NCBI GenBank assembly: GCA_963675595.2
Contig: CAXXLZ010000002.1
Span: 2,688,001-2,752,000 of the forward strand
Direction: 5' to 3'
Length of the DNA stretch: 64,000 bases
DNA from: Thermodesulfobacteriota bacterium
GTDB lineage: Bacteria > Desulfobacterota > Desulfarculia > JACQYL01
The translations under genes and the position numbers were made by a program. A model generated the notes under the pieces. It was not told the DNA's origin. It did not search any database and worked only from the letters and a program-made list of their open reading frames with translations. Of this stretch, positions 49,807 through 59,039 are shown piece after piece (the first letter of the stretch is position 1; each line of letters opens with the position of its first letter).

Positions 49807-50325
49807 ATGTATAGTGAAAAGGTGATGGATCATTTCCGTACACCCCGTAACGTGGGCGAAATGAAGGATGCCGACGCCAAGGGAGAAGTGGGAAATCCCA
49901 TATGTGGGGATATGATGACCATTTATCTGAAGATTGAAGAGGACGTCATCAAGGATATCAGCTTTCTCACTTTCGGGTGCGGAGCTGCCATCGCGGTTTC
50001 AAGCATGATTACCGAGATGGCGAAGGGAAAGACCCTCGAAGAAGCGAAAAAGATTACCAACCGGTCCGTGGCCGAGGCATTGGAAGGCTTGCCGAAAAAT
50101 AAGCTACATTGCTCGAATTTGGGCGCCGATGCGCTGCATATGGCCATTAAGGCTTATGAAGACAAGAAAGCCGGCAGGGAACCCATGGTGCCGTTGCGGA
50201 TGGAAAAACATGTCCACCAGGACAAGGAAGCGGAAAAGTGCCAATGCCCTTATTGTGACGCGGATCTGAGCAAAGGACTGGTGGTCTGCACGAACTGCGG
50301 CCGAGAGGTCGATCATCACGAATGA
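49807..50325 (+). CDS. IscU/NifU-type Fe-S scaffold with C-terminal zinc ribbon
   Basis: YSEKVMDHF..PRNVG, GNPICGD, FGCGAAIA, KLHCSNL; tail CQCPYC...CTNC. Confidence 0.93.
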   Translation: MYSEKVMDHFRTPRNVGEMKDADAKGEVGNPICGDMMTIYLKIEEDVIKDISFLTFGCGAAIAVSSMITEMAKGKTLEEAKKITNRSVAEALEGLPKNKLHCSNLGADALHMAIKAYEDKKAGREPMVPLRMEKHVHQDKEAEKCQCPYCDADLSKGLVVCTNCGREVDHHE

Positions 50326-50343
50326 CCCGGGGGGGTGGTAAAT

Positions 50344-51513
50344 ATGGAATTTCTGAACTTGGACCAGATATCCGCGAATCCGCTCCTGCCCGAAGTGCAA
50401 GACGCCATGATCGAGGCCGTCCGTCGCAACTACGGTAACCCTTCAAGCCCCCACAGATTGGGGGACGAAGCGAATGACGCCTTGAGCCTGGCTAGAAGTC
50501 GGGTGGCGTGCTTGGTCAACAGCGCTCTTCCCAAGGAAGTGGTTTTCACGTCGGGAGGCACGGAGTCGGTCAACCATGCCATCAAAGGTGTGGCCGCCGC
50601 CAACTGGGAGAAGGGCAGGCACATCGTCACTTCCAACATCGAGCACAATGCCGTCCTGAGAAGCCTCAGGACCTTGAAAATGTTCGACTACAAAGTGACG
50701 TCGGTACCTGTGGACGAATATGGACGAGTGAACCCGGATGACGTCGCCAAAGCCGTCAGGGATGACACGATCCTGGTCACCATCATGCACAGTAACAATG
50801 AGATCGGCACGATCCAGCCGATCAAAGAGATCGCCGCCGTCACCAAAAAAAAGAAGGTTATTTTTCACTCCGATGCCGTCACTTCCGTGGGGGTGGTTCC
50901 CGTGGACGTGCAGGAGTTGGGAGTGGACCTTCTCAGTTTTTCCGCCAATCAGTTTTACGGCCCGGGGGGCGTGGGCGGACTTTACATTAAGAGAGGCACG
51001 AGGATCTGGCCTCTGCTGGATGGAGGCGTTCAGGAGAACAACAAGCGGGCCGGTACGGAAAACCTCATCGGCATCGTCGGCATGGGTGTCGCGGCCGACG
51101 CGGCCGTCGGAGACATGAAGTCCAGGATGGAGCATTCATTGAAGTTGAAGAAGAGGCTTCTCAATGCCTTGAATGATCATCTTACGGATTTCATTATCAA
51201 CGGTCATCCCGAGCAGGCGCTGCCCAACCTGGTGTCCGTATCCGTCAAGTATATCGAAGGAGAGAGTATCTGCCTGATGCTGGATGAGGAAGGCATTGGG
51301 GTGTCCACTCGTTCCGCATGCGCGGCCGGAGCTTTGCAGGCTTCCCACGTATTGCTTTCCATCGGCAGAGACTTTGCCGATGCTCAGGGAACCCTGGTGA
51401 TCACCTTCGGAGTCCACACCAAGGAACAAGACATCGATCGTCTGGCATCCACTTTGAAAACCGTGGTGGAGAATCTTCGGGCCATGTCGCCGCTTTATGC
51501 GAAAGCACAGTAG
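50344..51513 (+). CDS. IscS/NifS-like protein lacking the PLP Schiff-base lysine
   Basis: YGNPSS, FTSGGTES, NNEIGTIQ, RAGTEN, STRSAC; SANQFYGP in place of S-x-HK-x-YGP. Confidence 0.9.
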   Translation: MEFLNLDQISANPLLPEVQDAMIEAVRRNYGNPSSPHRLGDEANDALSLARSRVACLVNSALPKEVVFTSGGTESVNHAIKGVAAANWEKGRHIVTSNIEHNAVLRSLRTLKMFDYKVTSVPVDEYGRVNPDDVAKAVRDDTILVTIMHSNNEIGTIQPIKEIAAVTKKKKVIFHSDAVTSVGVVPVDVQELGVDLLSFSANQFYGPGGVGGLYIKRGTRIWPLLDGGVQENNKRAGTENLIGIVGMGVAADAAVGDMKSRMEHSLKLKKRLLNALNDHLTDFIINGHPEQALPNLVSVSVKYIEGESICLMLDEEGIGVSTRSACAAGALQASHVLLSIGRDFADAQGTLVITFGVHTKEQDIDRLASTLKTVVENLRAMSPLYAKAQ

Positions 51514-51666
51514 GCCCGACGATCGGGTTCCAAACGGTTCACGCCCATCCGAGGCTTCCGTCGACGAAAACCGCGGATGGCACATTTTGAGGCTTCTTGG
51601 GGAGCACGCTCCACGCAAAGCCGAGGGGCATTCCGAAGGATATGTCCGAACGGAGGAAAGAACGCC

Positions 51667-52179
51667 ATGGCATCGAAAGAACAATTGATCAAAGTCTACG
51701 AGTACGCACTGAACCAGGAGCAAACGGGCATGAGCTTCTTCAAGGCCTCACTTGCGCGCATGGGGATAGGCGCGGCGGTGGAGGCTTTTCATAAGCTCAT
51801 CAAAGAGGAGGAGCGGCACATCGCTTTCATTGAAGGCATTCTGAAAAACCTCCGCGAAGAAGGGGAAGTGGCTGTACCGGTTATCGAGAATTCCTTGAAG
51901 CTTGAGGAAACCGACTTCTTTGATCAAAGAGCGGAGGCGGAATTCCTGCAACAATGCGTGGAAGGCTCAATGATTCCCGATGTCACCGTGTTTAATACCG
52001 CATGGTTGATAGAAAAGGATTTGAGCGAGTTTTATGCTTCCATGGCCGCCGCGACCCAAGGAACCGTGAGAGAATCCTTCGAAATGCTCTCACGGTGGGA
52101 GCATGCCCACGAGGTTTTTTTTAAGAAGTTTCGAGACAAGCTGAGTGAGGAATATGCGCACATGCCATGGGGAGGATGA
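51667..52179 (+). CDS. Ferritin-like (erythrin) di-iron protein
   Basis: ALNQE, EEERH, AWLIEKD, WEHAH. Confidence 0.85.
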   Translation: MASKEQLIKVYEYALNQEQTGMSFFKASLARMGIGAAVEAFHKLIKEEERHIAFIEGILKNLREEGEVAVPVIENSLKLEETDFFDQRAEAEFLQQCVEGSMIPDVTVFNTAWLIEKDLSEFYASMAAATQGTVRESFEMLSRWEHAHEVFFKKFRDKLSEEYAHMPWGG

Positions 52180-52256
52180 GAGTAAACGTGAATCAAGAGG
52201 AGACGAGGCTATAGAGCCGAGAGCTCCGATGCTGATAAAGGTAAGGAGAGTATGTA

Positions 52257-52454
52257 ATGAAAACGATTAAAATCAAAGGAATGTCCTGCAATCACTGCGT
52301 GGCCGCAGTGACCAAGGCCCTGGGAGAAATCGACGGGATTTCCAACGTCAAGGTGAGCTTGGAGCAAGGCGAGGCCGCCTTCGAAGAAGGGAAACCCGTT
52401 GATGACGGAACCATCAAGAACGCCGTCAAGAAGGCGGGATTCGAAGTAATCTAA
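52257..52454 (+). CDS. copZ: CopZ-like heavy-metal chaperone
   Basis: GMSCNHC HMA motif; AGFEV. Confidence 0.88.
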   Translation: MKTIKIKGMSCNHCVAAVTKALGEIDGISNVKVSLEQGEAAFEEGKPVDDGTIKNAVKKAGFEVI

Positions 52455-52661
52455 AACACATGCGGGGTTCGCCGGGGCGATCCCCTGAAAACTAGTGTAA
52501 CGGCGAGCCGATAGGAAACGAAAAAATACGAGCCTCATGGTTTGCCTGAGTGAAGCCGGCAAGCGCAACGTCAAGACAAAGTAGTGACTCGAAGTTCTCC
52601 GTTTTCATCGTCTCGCCAAGAAATCGGGGCGATTTCTCTACCCCTGGGAGGAAGAGAACAA

Positions 52662-53156
52662 ATGATCTACGAATTCAGTGCGGATGAAGTACTTCAGATG
52701 GCGGTGGATGTTGAAGTAGACGGGATTGAATTTTACGGCAAGGCCGAGGAAATGGTGGACGATGTCGAACTGAAGAAGACACTCAAATTCCTCGGGGATC
52801 AGGAAGTCGCTCACAAAGAGAAGTTCCTGGAGTTGAAGAGAGCACTGTCTGCGTCCGCCAAAGAGCAGACGGTATGGGATCCGGAATCCGAACTGTGTTC
52901 CTACTTGGGAATGATGGCGGAACTTCATGTCTTCAAGTCCAAAGGGGGACCTCGGAACCTTCTGGCCAAGGTCGAAGGCGAAGAGGACGTTCTGGACATG
53001 GCAATTCGATTCGAGAAAGATTCCATCCTGTTTTTCTACTCTCTGTCGGAGATGGTGGAGGACGAGGAAGCTCGCAAGACCATCGGCGCTCTGATCAAGG
53101 AAGAACAGAACCACCTGAAGACGCTTGCGGTAAAGCTCCTTGCATTAAGGAAATGA
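52662..53156 (+). CDS. Ferritin-like (erythrin) di-iron protein
   Basis: MAVDVE..G..FY, QEVAH, AIRFEKDSILFF, EEQNH. Confidence 0.88.
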   Translation: MIYEFSADEVLQMAVDVEVDGIEFYGKAEEMVDDVELKKTLKFLGDQEVAHKEKFLELKRALSASAKEQTVWDPESELCSYLGMMAELHVFKSKGGPRNLLAKVEGEEDVLDMAIRFEKDSILFFYSLSEMVEDEEARKTIGALIKEEQNHLKTLAVKLLALRK

Positions 53157-53220
53157 TGCCGCGCCTTCCGGAAGTCTTCAAAGAGAGCAGAGGAACAAGA
53201 ATCAGCCCGGGGGAATACGC

Positions 53221-54357
53221 ATGGCGGAAACCGTCTCCGACCGCCTCGACAGACAGCACTTGGCCATACTGAAAGAGGCTGTGGACAATACGAACGAGGC
53301 TTTTGTCACCATCGATCTGAACCACCGGGTCATGTTTTTCAACAGGGCGGCGGAGCGTTTTTTCGGGTACGGCCGAGAAGAAATTCTGGGACGGGATTTG
53401 AACTTGATTCTTTCACCCATGTGTTCCCGGGATCACAAAGCGGCTGTCGATCGTTACATTCAAACCAGAGAAAAAAAGATGCTCGGCAAAGAAACCGAGT
53501 TTATGGTCACCAGGAAGAACGGGGAAACCTTTCCCGCCTCCATTTCATTTTCGGTATCCGAAATCGATCAAGAACTCTACTTTACCGGCATCGTTCGGGA
53601 TTTGACCGTAACCAAGACATTGCAGGAGCAGGTATCCAAGGCGGAACGCCTGGCCGCTCTGGGTCAGGTCGTGGCGGAAATCACCCATGAAATCAAGAAT
53701 CCACTCATGCTGATCGGTGGATTCGCAAGGCAGGTGGCAAGAAGCGTCAAAGAACAAGAGAACGCAGATAAGCTGGATATCATCAGCAGAGAGATTTCCC
53801 GCCTGGAGAACCTTTTGGCGGAGCTCCGAGAACTGTATCGTTTCGGCAAACCCTCTTTCTCGGACTTGGACGTTTCATCAGTTGTTCACGAGGTGCTGGA
53901 TCTCGTCTCGGACGAGGCTCGAGATCGGCATATCGAAATCTCCTCCCAAGGAGTTGCCTATCCGGTGCTGATCCGGGGAGATCGAGACAAGCTCAAGCAA
54001 GTCTTGATCAATCTGGTCAAGAATTCCATGGAGGCAATGGAAGAGGAGGGGAAAATCCGGGTCGAACTAGACATGAATCGCAGCATGGCGCATCTGTTGG
54101 TGGCGGACAATGGACCCGGGATTCCGGAAAAGGACCGCCAAGCCGTCTTCGATCCGTTCTTCACCACCAAGCCCCGCGGTACGGGTCTGGGTTTGGCCGT
54201 TTCCAAGAGAATCGTAGAGGACCACAACGGAACCTTCAGCCTGGAATCGGAAGAGGGAAAAGGAACCAGCATCAGAATCGACATTCCCATTTCCCAAACG
54301 GAAGAACGCGTTGATGGAGACAACATCCCGTCGGACGGGCGGCGCGCCGCATTCTGA
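53221..54357 (+). CDS. Soluble PAS sensor histidine kinase (FixL-like)
   Basis: FNRAAERFFGY..EEILG..L..IL...DH..AVDRY PAS; HEIKNPL; FDPFFTTK..GTGLGL. Confidence 0.9.
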   Translation: MAETVSDRLDRQHLAILKEAVDNTNEAFVTIDLNHRVMFFNRAAERFFGYGREEILGRDLNLILSPMCSRDHKAAVDRYIQTREKKMLGKETEFMVTRKNGETFPASISFSVSEIDQELYFTGIVRDLTVTKTLQEQVSKAERLAALGQVVAEITHEIKNPLMLIGGFARQVARSVKEQENADKLDIISREISRLENLLAELRELYRFGKPSFSDLDVSSVVHEVLDLVSDEARDRHIEISSQGVAYPVLIRGDRDKLKQVLINLVKNSMEAMEEEGKIRVELDMNRSMAHLLVADNGPGIPEKDRQAVFDPFFTTKPRGTGLGLAVSKRIVEDHNGTFSLESEEGKGTSIRIDIPISQTEERVDGDNIPSDGRRAAF

Positions 54358-54382
54358 AAGCATTGCACATGAGGGGAGAACA

Positions 54383-55573
54383 ATGAAACCGATCAAAATC
54401 ACCGAAAACATCTATTGGGTTGGAGCCATCGACTGGAACGTCCGCGACTTCCACGGCTACCTCACGAAAGAGGGCACCACCTACAACTCCTTCTTGATCA
54501 TGGACGACAAGATCACGTTGATCGATACTGTCAAGAAACCTTTTGCCAGAGAAATGCTGGCTCGCATCAGCGAAATCGTGGACCCGTCCAAAGTCGATCT
54601 TATGATCAGCAACCACACGGAACCGGACCACTCCGGGGCGCTCCCTGAAATCATGGACGCCATCGGTCGAGAAAAGCCTTTGATTTGCTCCAAGATGGGA
54701 CGGAAAAACCTGTCCGCCCATTTCCCCAACGAATGGAACTACCAGACCGTGGAGGACGGGGAACAACTCAAGCTGGGAAAACGTTCCCTCACCTTTCTCG
54801 AAACCCGCATGCTCCACTGGCCGGACAGCATGTTCAGTTATGTCAACGAAGACAAGATTCTGTTTTCCAGCGACGCTTTCGGCCAACATTACGCAGGTCC
54901 CGAGCTCTTCGACGACGAAGTCGGGGACGCCATCATGCCCCATGCGCTCAAATACTTCGCCAACATCCTGAATCTTTTCTCTCCCTTGATTCTGAAACTG
55001 GCGGAACGCGTCACCGGGATGGGACTCGAATTCAACATTATTTGTCCGGACCACGGGATCATTTGGAGAAAAGACCCTGGAAAGATCATTCAGGCCTATG
55101 TGGATTGGAGCCTTCAGAAACCCACCAAGAAGGCCGTCATCGTTTACGATACCATGTGGCACAGTACCCAGTACATGGCCGAAGCCATTGCCGAAGCTCT
55201 GCAAGAGGAAGGCATACCGACCCTGCCCATGCATCTCCGGACCTCCCACCGCAGCGACGTAATAACCCAGATCCACGAGGCCGGACTCGTCCTCGTGGGC
55301 TCTCCCACTTTGAACAACGGGATTTTTCCCACGGTCGCCGATTTCCTCACCTACATGAAGGGTCTTCGGCCACAGAACAAGATTGGAGCGGCTTTCGGTT
55401 CCTACGGCTGGAGCGGAGAAGCGGTCAAGATCATCAGCGCGGAACTCGAAGCGAGCAAGATCGAATTGGCGGATCCCGGCCTCAGGCTGTCATTCGTGCC
55501 GAATAAAGAAGGGATTGAGGCCTGCCGCGCCTTCGGCAAGAAGATGGCCAAGGCCCTTCTGGATCGTCTGTAG
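54383..55573 (+). CDS. fprA: Flavodiiron protein (rubredoxin:oxygen/NO oxidoreductase)
   Basis: GTTYNSFL, NHTEPDHSG, HWPDSM, SSDAFGQH, PDHG, flavodoxin domain. Confidence 0.95.
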   Translation: MKPIKITENIYWVGAIDWNVRDFHGYLTKEGTTYNSFLIMDDKITLIDTVKKPFAREMLARISEIVDPSKVDLMISNHTEPDHSGALPEIMDAIGREKPLICSKMGRKNLSAHFPNEWNYQTVEDGEQLKLGKRSLTFLETRMLHWPDSMFSYVNEDKILFSSDAFGQHYAGPELFDDEVGDAIMPHALKYFANILNLFSPLILKLAERVTGMGLEFNIICPDHGIIWRKDPGKIIQAYVDWSLQKPTKKAVIVYDTMWHSTQYMAEAIAEALQEEGIPTLPMHLRTSHRSDVITQIHEAGLVLVGSPTLNNGIFPTVADFLTYMKGLRPQNKIGAAFGSYGWSGEAVKIISAELEASKIELADPGLRLSFVPNKEGIEACRAFGKKMAKALLDRL

Positions 55574-55786
55574 GCCCGATCGAATTCTCGTTGAGCCTGC
55601 AAGTCGTCCCACGGAATTTCCTGAACGAAGATGCAGGCTTTCTTCGGCATGAACGAGGTCTTTTCCGTTTGAAGGTTCCCTTTTGAGTGGTAATAGAGAA
55701 AGAAAGGACCGCCTCCGGCAGTCGGCCGGAAGGCGGACTGATCAACAAACCGACTTTCTTCTCTATCCATAATGAGGTGACGTTCA

Positions 55787-55984
55787 ATGGTTAAGACGAA
55801 ATACAGAGTGGTTTCCGTGTGTCCAAACTGTGAGTTGGGAGATTTGTCCTTTTCGATCACCGGAAAGATTCGGGACAAAATGATCGGAATGATCGACGAG
55901 GTTTCCGAGGAAATGGAAGTAAACTGTCCCATCTGCGGAAAGAGGCACAAAACCAAGGTGATTGAAGTAACCGAGGAGAACTAG
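55787..55984 (+). CDS. Small two-CxxC metal-binding protein, paralog of 46124-46306
   Basis: KYRV..CPNC...CPICGKRHK; RBS GAGG. Confidence 0.8.
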   Translation: MVKTKYRVVSVCPNCELGDLSFSITGKIRDKMIGMIDEVSEEMEVNCPICGKRHKTKVIEVTEEN

Positions 55985-55989
55985 ACGCT

Positions 55990-56589
55990 ATGATGGTTGT
56001 CGGCGTTTACGGAAGTCCCAGAAAGCACGGGAATACGGATAAGCTTCTGGACCGCGCTCTGGATGGAGTGCGAGACGCGGGAGCCGAGATCGAAATGATC
56101 GTGGCTCGCGACTTGTCTCCCAGCGGCGGCTGTTTGGAATGCGGAGGTTGCGAGAAAACCGGAAAGTGCGTGGTTCGCGACGACATGGATAAGGTCTATC
56201 CCTTATTCGAGAAGGCGGATGCCGTCATTCTCTCCGCTCCCGTATTCTTCTACGGAGTTCCCGCCCAGGTCAAAGCGGTGATCGACCGTTCCCAGGCCAT
56301 GTGGTCCCAACGACTTCTGAGAAAAACGACCTCCGAAGATCGAAAGGTGTTCGATTCCGGGAAGGGGTATCTCATCGCTGTAGGGGCCACCCGCGGAAAA
56401 CAGCTCTTCGACGGAGTCATTCTCACGGCCAAGTACTTCTACGATGCTTTGGACATGGAGTACGGCGGCGAGCTGCTTTTCCGAGGCCTTGACGGCAGAA
56501 AGGATGTCGACGAACACCCTGAGATGCTCTCCGAGGCCTACGAACTGGGAAAAAGAGTTGTCTTGGAGGGAACGGGCGGCCCTGCCTGA
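55990..56589 (+). CDS. Iron-sulfur flavoprotein / NADPH-FMN reductase family
   Basis: GSPRKHGNT, CLECGGC-x5-C..DDM, PVFFYG..KAVIDR. Confidence 0.9.
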   Translation: MMVVGVYGSPRKHGNTDKLLDRALDGVRDAGAEIEMIVARDLSPSGGCLECGGCEKTGKCVVRDDMDKVYPLFEKADAVILSAPVFFYGVPAQVKAVIDRSQAMWSQRLLRKTTSEDRKVFDSGKGYLIAVGATRGKQLFDGVILTAKYFYDALDMEYGGELLFRGLDGRKDVDEHPEMLSEAYELGKRVVLEGTGGPA

Positions 56590-56684
56590 TCCTCCGTATC
56601 GAACGAACAAGCGGTCCCCAACGCTTCGGCGTAAAGGGACCGCCTCACCCGCCCTTTTGCGTCGGGGCCGTGGGAGAGCATGTT

Positions 56685-57467
56685 ATGCCGGCTCCATCAG
56701 GAAGGGTGTTGAAGACGCATGTGAGACTGCTGCTGCGGGAGGTCTCCCTGGAGGATATTCCTTCCCGACTGCTGGAATTCCCACCGGCCAAGCTCGTCGG
56801 TCCCCTTGCTGCGGAGCTCTGCAACCCCGATCCTCGGGTTCGCTGGAAGGCCGTCATAGTCCTGGGGAAAGTGACCGCGCGTTGGGCCGACGAAGACCCC
56901 GATGCCGCACGAGAAGTCATACGACGGTTTATGTGGAACTTGAACGACGAATCCGGCGGCATCGGATGGGGCGCCGCGGAAGCCATGGGCGCCGCTCTGG
57001 CGGAACATCCCGTGCTTGCGCGTGAGTACGCCCCGATCCTTCTTTCCTATATCAACGAAAAGGGAAATTTCCTGGACCACCCGGTGTTGCTCCGCGGCGC
57101 GGTTTGGGCGGTCGGCTTTCTCGCCCGGTCACGGCCCGAACTGCTCCAAGACGCTCCGGCCCTTCTGATCCCCCTGCTCGATTCCGAGGATATGGAAACC
57201 AAAGGGTCGGCCGCCTGGGCGCTGCAACCTTTTTCTTCCCCGGAGGCCGATTCTCGACTCCGCTCTCTAGTTGATATCGACGAAGAGATCCCGCTCTTCA
57301 ACGGCAGGGAAATCCGCCAAACCTCCGTCGGCCTGCTTGCTCAACAGGGATTACACCGAAACTCGGTCGAAGGAGTACCGGACGGGGAACGCACCGGACT
57401 TCCCGGCGGCGACTCATCGGCTGATGACGACTCCCATTCATGCCGCACCGTCGCACCTATCAGATGA
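56685..57467 (+). CDS. DVU0298-like HEAT-repeat protein
   Basis: RRFMWNLNDESGGIGWGAAEAMG signature. Confidence 0.85.
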   Translation: MPAPSGRVLKTHVRLLLREVSLEDIPSRLLEFPPAKLVGPLAAELCNPDPRVRWKAVIVLGKVTARWADEDPDAAREVIRRFMWNLNDESGGIGWGAAEAMGAALAEHPVLAREYAPILLSYINEKGNFLDHPVLLRGAVWAVGFLARSRPELLQDAPALLIPLLDSEDMETKGSAAWALQPFSSPEADSRLRSLVDIDEEIPLFNGREIRQTSVGLLAQQGLHRNSVEGVPDGERTGLPGGDSSADDDSHSCRTVAPIR

Positions 57468-57480
57468 AGGAGCGGTCTAG

Positions 57481-58659
57481 ATGGAACCTTTGAATCCCGA
57501 AAAAGGCTCCAAAACCCGGCCGGCCTTCGATGTTGTATTTCCCACGGTGAGTCGGCCTCCGCCCTCGAAAACAGACCGGCTCGGGCCGCCGGAAGACGCC
57601 GTCCCCCCGAGTCCCGGCCAACAATTCGTATCCGGCATATTGGACACGCCCGCGGGCCCCGTGCCTATCGTCGTTCCCCAAAAGGAGGCGGCGGATTTCC
57701 GGGGAACCTTCAGGGCACGATGGGGCGTGGGCCGCATGCGCTATGCGGTGGATCCCGGACTCTATGCCCTGAGAAAGCCCACCGAAGACTCGCCCGTGCT
57801 GGTTACGGCCAATTACAAGATGAGCTTCGACCGCCTCCGCTTCTCCCTTCAAGGCCGCAGTGCATGGATTCTCGTCTTGGACACCAAAGGAATCAACGTA
57901 TGGTGCGCCGCCGGCAAAGGGACGTTCAGTACCGAGGAACTGGTGAGACGCGTTGATTTCTGCGCTGTGGACAAGGTGGTGACCCATCGGAGGTTGATTC
58001 TTCCCCAGTTGGCCGGGCCCGGGGTGGCCGCCTACCGGGTCAAGAAACTCTGCGGGTTCGAAGTCGTCTATGGGCCCATCCGCGCCGAGGACCTGCCGGA
58101 ATTTCTCGACGCCGGCATGAAGGTCGTTCCGCGCATGAGGCATAAAACGTTTCCCATCGCCGAACGCGTGGTGCTGATTCCCGTGGAGTTGGTTGAGGCC
58201 TTCAAATGGGCCGTCTTTATTCTTCCCGCTCTTTTTTTGTTGGGCGGGCTGGGCGGTCCCGGCTCATTCCCGGAGAACGCTCTGATCCACGGGAGCTTCG
58301 CCGTTGCCGCCGCTTCACTGGGCATTTTGGCCGGAGCGGTGTTGACGCCGACGCTGCTTCCTTGGCTGCCCGGGCGGGCATTTTCCATGAAAGGGGCGGT
58401 GGCAGGCTGTCTGACCTCCATCCCATTGTTCGCCTATTACGCTTTACAGGGCCTGTCCGGCGCTCGATCGTTGGAAATTCTCTCGTGGCTGGTTCTGATT
58501 CCGGCCATCGCATCCTTCCTCGGGATGAACTTTACCGGAGCCTCTACCTACACTTCGCTTTCCGGAGTGAAGAAAGAAATGAGAATAGCGGTGCCCATCC
58601 AGATCGTTTCGGCGGCCTTGGGACTGGCCGGATGGTTGATTTCCCGATTCCTTGCATAA
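57481..58659 (+). CDS. hgcA: Mercury methylation corrinoid protein HgcA
   Basis: PGLYAL, VTANYKMSFD, cap helix TKGINVWCAAGKGTF, LILPQLA, GPIRAEDLP, TM domain, MNFTGASTYTSLSGVKKEM. Confidence 0.96.
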   Translation: MEPLNPEKGSKTRPAFDVVFPTVSRPPPSKTDRLGPPEDAVPPSPGQQFVSGILDTPAGPVPIVVPQKEAADFRGTFRARWGVGRMRYAVDPGLYALRKPTEDSPVLVTANYKMSFDRLRFSLQGRSAWILVLDTKGINVWCAAGKGTFSTEELVRRVDFCAVDKVVTHRRLILPQLAGPGVAAYRVKKLCGFEVVYGPIRAEDLPEFLDAGMKVVPRMRHKTFPIAERVVLIPVELVEAFKWAVFILPALFLLGGLGGPGSFPENALIHGSFAVAAASLGILAGAVLTPTLLPWLPGRAFSMKGAVAGCLTSIPLFAYYALQGLSGARSLEILSWLVLIPAIASFLGMNFTGASTYTSLSGVKKEMRIAVPIQIVSAALGLAGWLISRFLA

Positions 58660-58708
58660 CGACGCATCGACTGCGCCTTTGCGCCGGAAGTTAAGGAAGG
58701 AGACGAAT

Positions 58709-59017
58709 GTGGAATCCCTGGTCTATTTGAAGGACGTAACGACCCTCCACCTGACGCCGGAGAAGTGCGTGGGGTGCGGTTCGTGCATTGAGGTCTGCCC
58801 TCATGAAGTGCTTCTTCTGAACAACGGGAAGGTACGGATTCTGCAGAAAGACGCGTGCATGGAATGCGGCGCCTGTGCTCGAAACTGCCCCACGGCAGCG
58901 TTGACCGTGCAGGCCGGCGTGGGATGCGCCATGGCGGTGATCAATTCGGCCTTGGGACGCTCCGGTTCGAGTTGCTGCACGTTGCCGGGCCAAGGCGGTT
59001 GCGGTTGTTCGCTGTGA
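58709..59017 (+). CDS. hgcB: Mercury methylation ferredoxin HgcB
   Basis: CVGCGSCIEVCPH, CMECGACARNCP, GVGCA, C-terminal CC...CGC; directly after hgcA. Confidence 0.96.
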   Translation: MESLVYLKDVTTLHLTPEKCVGCGSCIEVCPHEVLLLNNGKVRILQKDACMECGACARNCPTAALTVQAGVGCAMAVINSALGRSGSSCCTLPGQGGCGCSL

Positions 59018-59039
59018 GGATTGAACTTGGATCGCGGAC

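Noticed and set aside
57481-58659. Acetyl-CoA synthase corrinoid subunit (CdhD/E)
   Set aside because: The NVWCAAGK cap helix, TM domain and adjacent HgcB identify it as HgcA
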